Shown: positions 55,104 to 64,000 of the stretch, one piece after another | How the letters are laid out: each line of letters starts with the position of its first letter | Position numbering within the stretch: position 1 is the first letter of the stretch | Origin: Epithemia pelagica | Lineage: Eukaryota > Protista > Bacillariophyta | Assembly (NCBI GenBank): GCA_946965045.2 | Contig: OX337228.1 | Location: forward strand, 6,200,001-6,264,000 | Reading direction: 5' to 3' | Length of the DNA stretch: 64,000 nucleotides | Translations under genes and position numbers: made by a program | Notes under the pieces: model-generated | What the model was told of the DNA's origin: nothing | Database searches by the model: none | The model's input: only the letters and a program-made list of their open reading frames with translations

Positions 55104-58100
55104 ATGGCAATGGATCCCCGGCATAACATGGGCGTGGGTGCGTCCAACGCCGCGAATTTGAAGGTGGAAGATGAACAGTCGGATAAGCCAGCAAAGAATT
55201 CCATTCTTTTTGGAGGAGAAGACGATATGGACGTGGATGAGGATCTGCCACTGGTCCGAAGCTCCCGAACCGAAGGTGTCGATGGCGAACCGGGCGGAGA
55301 AAAGTCTGGTGTCGCTCTCTTACTCGACCAAATCATTACCCCATCGCCCTATCCTCAACACAATTCGGGAGCCACATCGTCTCGGTTTCGAAATGCCCTG
55401 AATCGCGTTCTCCAAAACCCAGATACCGATGTGGAAGCCTGGCAAGCCTTGCTGACCGAAGTACACTCGTGCTACAAAAACATTCCTAACATTCACGCCG
55501 TGGATGTCGAAACCCAAGCCAAATTGGACTGGGTTGAGTCTTGCTATGGCCACTTTCTGCGGTACTTTCCCTACGCCTATACGCATGCTGTCACCGTCGT
55601 TGAGATGTTGATGCGACAGTCGGCTCGTTGGGGGGAACCGGAAGGGCCCCTCGTCGATTACTATGGCTCTGGAAAGGTTCCCAAGCGGGCACAAAATTGT
55701 GAAGCCAAATTGGAGGGTCTCCTCAAGGAATTTCTGGGCATTCAAACCATGGAAGGGGAGCCTGCCTCCATTCGATTTGATGCTACGAATGGAAACGACA
55801 CGACAGAGCAGAATCCTGGTCAGCATCTCACTGGAATATGTAGCTGGGTTGTGGAGCTCTGGCTCTTGTACATCAAGAAACGGACCAGAGATGCCACGCG
55901 GGCGGCTGAAGTATTGGCCATGGACCAGCGAACCTCCCATATTCGCGACATGGTCAAAAAGGCATACGAAGTCGCACTTCCTCAATGCGGGTTTAGCCAT
56001 AACAATCATCTGTTGTGGGTCGGTTATCTCGACTTTGTCAAGTCGTTGACTTCAGGCTCAAATCTTACTCCCGGTACGGCAGAACACGCTGCTGCGACTC
56101 AACAGCAAATGTTGCAATTGCGCAGTGTCTACCAACGTCTGGTAACCCATCCCATGACGGGATTGGATCAGCTTTGGCATGAATACGAGGCCTGGGAACG
56201 AAACCAATCAGAGGCCCTGGCACAAGCGCTCAGTACCGAATTTGCGCCGAAATACCAGCATGCACGGACGGTCTACTTGGAACGAAATCGTGTGTACAAC
56301 ACCTCCGTCGAACTCCAGTTGGGCCAGAGATTGGCGGTTCCTCCCGTAGACCCGGCCGAAGAGGATTACGCTTCCAAAATGGCCGAAGAACATCGATTGT
56401 TGTCGGCCTGGAAGAAACGATGTTCCTATGAACGAACCAATCCAGAACGATTGTCACAGCCGGACCTGGCAGTTCGAGTACGGGCGGCCTACAAAGAAAT
56501 GGCTTGTGTCATGACACGCCATCCCGAAACGTGGCAAATGTGGAGTACTTATGAACTATTCCGGAATGGACAGTCCAGTCCGTCACCATCCGAAGCACGT
56601 ACCGTGTTGCAGTTGGGCCAAAAACTCATTGACACTTCGTCTCTCCTTGTGTGTACAGAAGCTCGCATCGTCGAACTTTACACAGCGAACCGAGAAGCCT
56701 GCATGTCCGTCATGGAACAATCCCTGGAGAAGCATCCAACAACCCTAGGATATTGCTTGTACCAACAGATGGTACGGAGATACAAAGGGACAGAGGAAGC
56801 CAGGTCTGTCTTTGCGAAAGCACGACGGATTCTCGTGGATCCAGATGCACTCAAGAATCGAGAGACTCCCGAAACCAAAGCAACGGAAACAATGGAAGAA
56901 ACCAATGCTGATCAAACAGAAGGCAAGCAAAACATGCAACTGACGGAGCACGACATTCCCAAACGATGGATGATCACAAATAAATTGGATTCCCGTATTG
57001 GAAAGTCGACGAACGGATCGTCTCTGGTACCAGGTTCAGATCCTCAAAATGATGTCGGAGCCGAGGATAAAGGTGGACAAGTCTCGCCGGTATCTGGTCA
57101 AATGACATGGCATTTGTATGCCGCGCATGCTTCTATGGAACACCGAATCAATCGGTTACCAGAGGTAGCAGCGCGAGTGTATGAGCTGGGCTTACGAAAA
57201 CACTCCTCCTTTCTGACAAAAGCTCCCTATGTGATTCGGTACGCGGAGCTACTTCTGGAACTTGGTGACGTGATGAATTTAAGGGCATTGTTGACCAGAG
57301 CTGTAGCTGCCTGCGAAGCAGCCAAGGGAAAATCAGACTCGTCCTTAGCCTCCTTGTGGGATATGATGTTACGGTTTGAAACCACAATGAGTGGATCGGA
57401 TCCAGATAGCCTTGCAAACCTCGAAAACATTGAACGACAACGCCGTCAGGCAATCATGGGATCCGATGTTGAAGATGTTGCAACCGGAGGCTTCATCGGA
57501 GCTGTGGAAACTCCTTTGATCGGTGCTCAAAAGTCGTCCATATCGGAGCATTTGATTCGCACCGAGGGCTATGATATCAGCTCGGGCATCGTGAGTGGAT
57601 TAGGAAGGACAGTGGACTTGCTTGAGGTCAATGGTCTGTGGGGAAATGGTGAATCCGCGAAATCCTGGCGAAAGCCGATGAACTCCGGGGATTTGAAGAA
57701 TCCCGATGACTTTGACGATATGCCGGGTGGTGCAAGCGACTCTAGCTACTATAGGCGATTAGAGTTTGCATCCCTTGCCGCTTCTGGTGGAGCTGCTGGT
57801 GATGGTGGAGCAGCAGATGCGGGTGCGAGTGGATCGAGACTGTTGACTGCCAGAGAGCGTTTGCAGCAAGCTGCTGGTGCATCAGGCAATGCTGGTCCGA
57901 CAAGCGCCATTATGCTTAGTATTCAGCAAATGCCAGAGTGGCTGAGACCACTCCTGCTCATATTACCGGCATCAAGGCTTCGTCTACCGATTGTCGCAAA
58001 GCCACCACCGCATTTAGTTGAGATTGCATTGAATACGTTGAAACAGAACCCTTTACCGGCGGAACGACCAAAAGATAACGAAACACAAAACAACAAGAGA

Positions 58101-58226
58101 ACGGCCGATGATGGCGGTGGGTCTTCTGATGAGGAAGGTGGGACAAAAAGCGGTGGGTTTGGAATTGCTTTTCGTGCTAGGCAACGAGCACGCATGAATG
58201 ATGTCCCACAGAACGGAACGAACTAG
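55104..58226 (+). CDS. CSTF3: Cleavage stimulation factor 77 kDa subunit (HAT repeats, Rna14/Suf family), single exon
   Basis: LWLLYIK, LWVGYLDFVK, RSVYQRLVTHPMTGLDQLWHEYEAWE, YERTNP, ARSVFAKAR, AARVYELGLRK, LWDMMLRFE. Confidence 0.82.
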   Translation: MAMDPRHNMGVGASNAANLKVEDEQSDKPAKNSILFGGEDDMDVDEDLPLVRSSRTEGVDGEPGGEKSGVALLLDQIITPSPYPQHNSGATSSRFRNALNRVLQNPDTDVEAWQALLTEVHSCYKNIPNIHAVDVETQAKLDWVESCYGHFLRYFPYAYTHAVTVVEMLMRQSARWGEPEGPLVDYYGSGKVPKRAQNCEAKLEGLLKEFLGIQTMEGEPASIRFDATNGNDTTEQNPGQHLTGICSWVVELWLLYIKKRTRDATRAAEVLAMDQRTSHIRDMVKKAYEVALPQCGFSHNNHLLWVGYLDFVKSLTSGSNLTPGTAEHAAATQQQMLQLRSVYQRLVTHPMTGLDQLWHEYEAWERNQSEALAQALSTEFAPKYQHARTVYLERNRVYNTSVELQLGQRLAVPPVDPAEEDYASKMAEEHRLLSAWKKRCSYERTNPERLSQPDLAVRVRAAYKEMACVMTRHPETWQMWSTYELFRNGQSSPSPSEARTVLQLGQKLIDTSSLLVCTEARIVELYTANREACMSVMEQSLEKHPTTLGYCLYQQMVRRYKGTEEARSVFAKARRILVDPDALKNRETPETKATETMEETNADQTEGKQNMQLTEHDIPKRWMITNKLDSRIGKSTNGSSLVPGSDPQNDVGAEDKGGQVSPVSGQMTWHLYAAHASMEHRINRLPEVAARVYELGLRKHSSFLTKAPYVIRYAELLLELGDVMNLRALLTRAVAACEAAKGKSDSSLASLWDMMLRFETTMSGSDPDSLANLENIERQRRQAIMGSDVEDVATGGFIGAVETPLIGAQKSSISEHLIRTEGYDISSGIVSGLGRTVDLLEVNGLWGNGESAKSWRKPMNSGDLKNPDDFDDMPGGASDSSYYRRLEFASLAASGGAAGDGGAADAGASGSRLLTARERLQQAAGASGNAGPTSAIMLSIQQMPEWLRPLLLILPASRLRLPIVAKPPPHLVEIALNTLKQNPLPAERPKDNETQNNKRTADDGGGSSDEEGGTKSGGFGIAFRARQRARMNDVPQNGTN

Positions 58227-58326
58227 GCAACAACTAAAACAGGTTTCACACTAAAATAGAATCTCCAACATTGGTATGGTTCTAGTAGTCGTCCTAATAT
58301 CAAATAGTCTTCCTTCCTTGGACCTA

Positions 58327-60833
58327 CTAGAAGATTCCCTTCTTCTTGACGGCTTGGAATTCGGCGTCAAACTGCTGAACCACAGCACGTCGTTGAAGCT
58401 TGTTGGCGGCCGTGAGACAGCCATTCTCGGGTGTCCACGGGCTGACCAAAAGAGCCACACCGTATAGTTTCTCCAAATTACTCAAGTCACTCTTGGCGTG
58501 TTCCACCTTCATGGCATCCATGATTGCTTCGTAGAGTTTTGGGGAAGCTTTGATGGTACTGAAATCTCCTTCCAATCCATTGGCCTTGGCCCATTTCATT
58601 GTGTAAGGTTCGCTGAGCTGCATCAAGGCAACCGGTCGGTCCATGTCGCCGTCTCCGTAGCAGCAGATACCACCCGCAATCGCATCGACAAACTCACAAT
58701 TTCCATATGTGACCTCCATCTTTTCGAGGGCAACATACTCTCCTCCCTTGAGTTTGACAAGGTTCTTCTTGCGGTCCACAATTCGAAGACTTCCATCGCT
58801 CATGAATTGTCCAATATCACCCGTTTGGAACCATCCACCTTCCAAGTAGTCTTCGGCCGTTTTTTGGGGCATCATGTAATATCCCGACGAAATGTTGGTA
58901 CCACGTACGACAATTTCCCCACGACCGTACACTGGGTTTCCTTCCACATCCCGACGATCGGTCGAAAGGTAGGACTGACCACCCTTGTCGGCAATGTCCG
59001 GGGTCGACACCAACTTTGCTTCGACAGAAGGAATAATGGCACCAGCCACTCCTCCTCGCAAATCATCAGGTGCCTGAATCGAAATTCCGGCACACGTTTC
59101 TGTCAAACCCTGTATTGGATTAACAAGACAAAAAAGACAACACGTCAGCACATGACAACCAAAAAGAATGAATGGATACAAACAAGACAAAACGTACATA
59201 TCCTTGAATCATAATGATTCCAAATGCCGTACGCGCAAAGTCTTGGACTTCCTTGTTGAGAGGACCTCCTCCGGAAAGACCCAGACGGAGATTGCCACCG
59301 ACCGCCTTTTTCAATTTCTTGAACACCAGAGCCTTGAACAAGGGCGTATCGAAACCATTCTTGAGGGCAAAGGTGCGCCATTCAAAGGCCGTCTTGAACA
59401 AGAATTGTACAACCGGAGATCCAGCCGCCACCTTGGCTCCAATACCCTTTTTGATGACATCCCAAATCTTGGGCACGGCCACCATGAGGGTGGGCGAGTA
59501 CTGTTCGAGGGCGCCGACGGGGTAGGCTCCCGTTGCCGTGAGAGACTTGGGGTCGGCAAAACAGAGCGTGCATCCCATGGAGATCATGATGAATTCTGCC
59601 ATGAGTTCCATAATGTGTGCTAAGGGAAGGTAGGCGAGGTAGACATCTTTGCCCTTTTGGATTCCCAAGGCAATTTCTCCGGCCGCACAGGCTCCCACAA
59701 TTTGTCGGTGATTGATAATGACTCCCTTGGGTTTTCCCGTCGATCCACTCGTGTACATGACCACCGCCACAGTATCGGGCTTGGGAAGTGTGGGTGGAAA
59801 GGCCTTGACATCTCCCGAAGTGACAAAGTCGCCAAAGGACACAATCTTGACACCCCGAGGCGCAGTGGGCATGTCCACGACCAAACCGGGTTCGCACAAG
59901 TCTTCCGTGTAGACAATTACCTTGAGTGTCGGCATTTTGTTGATTTTCTCCACCACCTTTTTCACATCCTTTTTGTTACACAGCAAAACTGGAATAATAT
60001 TGTCGGCCACAGCTTCCACGACGGCGTCCATACCCAAGGTGGCATAGACGGTCGTGACCGTAATGGACTGCGAAAAGGCACCCACACACGCAATCATCCA
60101 CCTGCAATCGCCACACACGCAACATCAAAATCGAAACCAAAAGGAATTAGAAGCAAACCCAAAACTTATAAATCAATGAACTGTATTGTGTTGGCTCACG
60201 CCACACGACAATGGTCGTCTCAAGTACGTACTCGGGGCAGGTGTTTTCAAAAATGGCAATTCGACAAGGCGTCTTGACCTTATCAATCGAGGTTGTGGGC
60301 GGCGCCGGATTGACGCCTTCTTTGCGAAGGGCCGCTCCAAACTTGTGGGCATCCATGCCCACTTGGGCAAAGGATCGCCACGAGACATCTCCAAAGTGTT
60401 TCACCTTGCCGGGGACTTTCCATCCCAAAAAGGAACGGGCTCCCATGCAGTTGCGGCCGCCATACTTTTGAAAGGCATCCTTGGCCAAATCGTACAAGGT
60501 GGCAACGCCTGGTCGAGGAGAGGTGGCCAACTTGTCCTTAAAGTCGACATGGACGCGATGAGAAGGATCGTCGGCGACGGGAACGGAACGAAGGGGTTCG
60601 GGCGTAAAGGCTTTCTTCACGGCTCCCACCCAGCCGAAGGTCACCAATGTGATCTAATAACAAACAGAACAAACCAATGAACAAGCACGTGTGAGAGGGT
60701 GAAACTGAAACGGGTGCCAAGTTCCCGTAAAAAAAACATGCACGGACAAATCCGTTTTCGACAAAGATACACGTACCAGAAGATCAATTGCAATCAGCAA
60801 AATCTTGAGGGGAAAGAGGATCAAGTCAATCAT
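58327..60833 (-). CDS. Long-chain acyl-CoA synthetase (ACSL3/4, plant LACS8/9 type); exons about 60833-60777, 60653-60232, 60101-59198, 59109-58327
   Basis: MYTSGSTGKPKGV, YLPLAHIME, QGY|GLTETCA, WFQTGDIG, IVDRKKNLVKLKGGEYVALEK. The first exon and start are uncertain. Confidence 0.93.
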
Positions 60834-61348
60834 GATGATGGTGGCAACAACAATCGATTCAATCAATGAGATTGTGTGCACACAAAGTAAAAGTGGATCT
60901 TATCGGGTATGCAGGAATGAATCTTGTGCCGTGGTCGGAGAGAGAGAGAGACAACAAGAAAAGATTGTGCGTCTCGTATATATTGTAGGTACTCTGTGAA
61001 GCTTCTTTGGCAATCGAAGATGCAACTTTGGACCAGTGATGACACGCTCAAGATTTGCTATTGAAGCGAGCAAAGCGAGAAATAGCGAGAAAACCGGAAA
61101 TAATGCTCCACGCGCACGCGTGAGTGACGAAGCGAAGCCGTGTGTCATCTCCCGGGAGTCGCGCTTCAACCTGTCGGTTTTCACGCGACCGAACCGAACG
61201 TGACTCGCATCCATGACCCAAATACGCACCCTAACCCTTTTTCATGACCCAAATACACAACGAACACACTCCTACCGCACTCCGCACCGAATAGCACCAA
61301 CATCTCCATTACTCCTCTAGAAGTAGGCTCCTAACTAATACAACACTC

Positions 61349-64000
61349 CTACGAGTACTTGCTTTCTTCCATCCATTCCATTTCATAGGACCATTCGTCG
61401 GCATGAATGGGGTCCACACGAATCCATCGCAACCCCGTTTCCATGGACATGTTCGACTCGACAATCATGGCAAAGGCATCGGCATCGTCTTCGTCCGAAT
61501 CCGTCGACTTGATCGATACGTCATCGTCCTTGTCATTGTCGTCCGTAGGTTCCTCGCCCTTCCACAGGGCAGTTCGCGGTACCGTTTCATTGGCCGCATA
61601 CGTCAGTTTGTGACGAACCTTCTTGTCGTCGTCGTCGTCTCGAATGTCCGAAGCGGGACCAAACAAGGCAAGGGTTCGACCGCGAGCCAGTTTCTTTAAC
61701 GCAACCAAGGGAAATCCAACGTCGGTGGCCAGGGGAGGACCATTGACAAAACAAAAGACGGGATGTTTGGACATTCGTGCCAGTTCCAATTGTTCCCGAG
61801 TCCATTCCCATTGATTCTTTTGAAGTTTCAAAGGATCCAATGTAGATTTGTCAGGAGATTGTCCCACGCTCGTTGTTGTTGTCGTCGTCGCCTTTGTGGT
61901 ATCGTCCTGGGGGATTCCATTGTGCCGTGCTCCAACCATGGCCAAGTCGTAGGAAAGACAGAGACCTTGAATGCCCGAAATCCAAAATGTAAAGAACTTT
62001 TCATCCACGGTCGTTGATTCATGCAAAACCACCGGGATAGATTCATTGATACGAGCCAACAATTTTCGAGTAGAATCGTCCAAAGACACAAAGGATGATA
62101 CCACAACTAGTTTCGGTCGAATCTTGTTGATTCGTGCAACGCACTTTTTCAATAATTTCCAATGCTTTTTGCGCTCCTCCTCATTATCGTCACTGCTGTC
62201 ACTGCTCTTGGTCAATCTCTTGTCAAAGAATAAAGGACTGCACAGTTGCACAAAACTCAAGAGTTCCACAGGCCGTTCTTTCCGATCAAATTGTTGGGCA
62301 TCGGACGCGTGAGGTGCCTTGCCTTGGTCGTCATTCATTTGTGTCAGGCCCACAACATCTCGTGTGACGGGTCGAACTTTGGCCTGTAATCGAGCCTCCA
62401 CAGGCGTCGCAAAGAACCGAGCCCACAGTCGTGGTTCTTGGCCGAAGAGTTTTTGTCGATCCAACAAATGCAGGACGGCTTGTCGGTCCATAGGAGAAAG
62501 GCGTAGCAAGTCGTGACGAGATCCATCACCCGGGGGGTGCGCGTCACAGACATCCAGATCCTCACAGTCTTGTGCCGCCATGCACGCCACGGCTCGATAA
62601 CACAAGTCTCGTAGGGATGGAATGGGCGTTTTCGGACGCGAGCCGGAACTTGCTTCGTAAATTTGGTGGACCGAGGCAAGATAGGGGTGTTGCTTCAAGT
62701 CCATGTAACCATCGCCACATTCTCGAATCTTTGTGACAGAACTTTGCTCACTTTCGTTCTTAGTATCCGTGCCAGGGACCAGTTCAAAGGCCTGTGCACC
62801 CAAGCGATGCTCTGGTTGTACCTGCATGAGTTTATGTATGAAATCCCAACAATCATCGTGGATAATGCCTCCATGGCGAGTCAACAACCCACGCTGAATC
62901 CTCAAAAAGGCCAAATAGGGTGATGTTGTCCAAAAGGGAGTCACACCCGTTTGTAATATGTAGGCCAGGGCACCCAAAGCCCATAAATCGGCCGTCCACA
63001 CGGCGGGTCCTAGGTTCGGCTTGGATGATTGTTGGTCTTTCTTACCCTTGACCATACCTTTCGTGTCATCGCCTGTAACAGCTTCAGGACTCATAAAATC
63101 CGGCGTCCCCACAAATTCCGGCCCATTCAAATCCGTCAGGACCAAGTCTTTGGCGGTTCCAAAATCAATCAACACGAGATGGCCGTGACGATTCAACAGT
63201 ATGTTTTCGGATTTGATATCGCGATGGACAATTCCATGGCGATGCAAGTGTTCCAATGCCAATACTAGCTGATAGATCCATATCTTGGCTTGTGATCGAT
63301 GACATCCCACCATGACATTGTTTTTCTCCTTCCATCGTAGCTGTGACCACAAGTCTGACCAGACATCGTGCAGTTCCATGAGATAATACAAATGCTCATA
63401 ATCCTGGAACGCATGAAACATGCGAATAACAAACGGAGATGTAGGCGGCAAGCGTTCGAGTAGAGCACGTCGCTCCATTTGGATTTCATTGTATACATTG
63501 GGATGTTGTCGTTTTGCTAGGTCGGCGGCTTGCTTTTTGGGTATCTTTTTCAGCGCGAATGATTCCTTTGTTACTTTGTGAGTGACGACCCAAATTTCCG
63601 AAAAGTTGCCAAAGCCTAGTTCTTTTTTCTGGATAAATTCTCTGATACTGACTGTTCGCTCCGCATACCGAATGGAAGTCTCTTCTTCCTCAGAAGGTTG
63701 TGCAGCAATCGCTTTGGTGATTTGATTCTTCATGTCCTGGAAAGACAATCTTTCTTCTTCGGTAAGTGTCGACGTTGACTTTAGAACATGCCCATCAATC
63801 AACTCTTGGGCTTCTGTATACTCTTTCAATGCGATCAGCGCCTTGGACAAGCGGTACGCTGCCTGTCAGCCAAGATATAGAAGTGAGAAATGGCAAGGGC
63901 TATCGGTAACAAAAAAGCATCGGTATGACATGGACTGCACCAACCTTCGAAGACTTTCTGTCTGATAAAATCCAGCCATTCTGTGCATCTTCCTTCGCCT
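61349..64000 (-). CDS. TPR - AGC/PDK1-like kinase - degenerate calcineurin-like phosphoesterase fusion (3' part; gene runs off the right edge); exons >64000-63945, 63862-61349
   Basis: AKEDAQ...SK|AAYRLSKAL (TPR). LGFGNFSEI, FALK, HRDIKSENILL, DFGTAK, FVGTPDFMSPE, DLWALG. The C-terminal region resembles CPPED1. Confidence 0.85.

Overview
Gene-dense eukaryotic nuclear DNA, most likely from a diatom (inference: 66-172 nt GT-AG introns with CTCAC/CTGAC-type branch sites, a plastid protein with a bipartite-type presequence, PPR and HMG genes). I can support about 29 protein-coding genes (two run off the window ends) and one tRNA gene. There is no recognisable intact transposon, rRNA or CRISPR array. 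The standout is a tRNA-Leu(TAG) gene on the minus strand (1054-891). It is interrupted between the D-arm and the anticodon stem by an 82-nt intron with all the hallmarks of a spliceosomal mRNA intron (GTAAGT donor, CTTTCTCACA branch site, CTTCCCGCAG acceptor) rather than a tRNA-endonuclease intron at 37/38. Other notable items: a BRUTUS-like hemerythrin-CHY-RING ligase, a TPR-PDK1-like kinase fused to a degenerate CPPED1-like phosphoesterase, several proteins that have lost expected metal or catalytic ligands, a dense AAGTCA motif array, and two convergent genes whose ends share a TCATGA palindrome. All family assignments come from motif recognition by eye, not from database searches. Exon coordinates were derived by hand and checked for frame.
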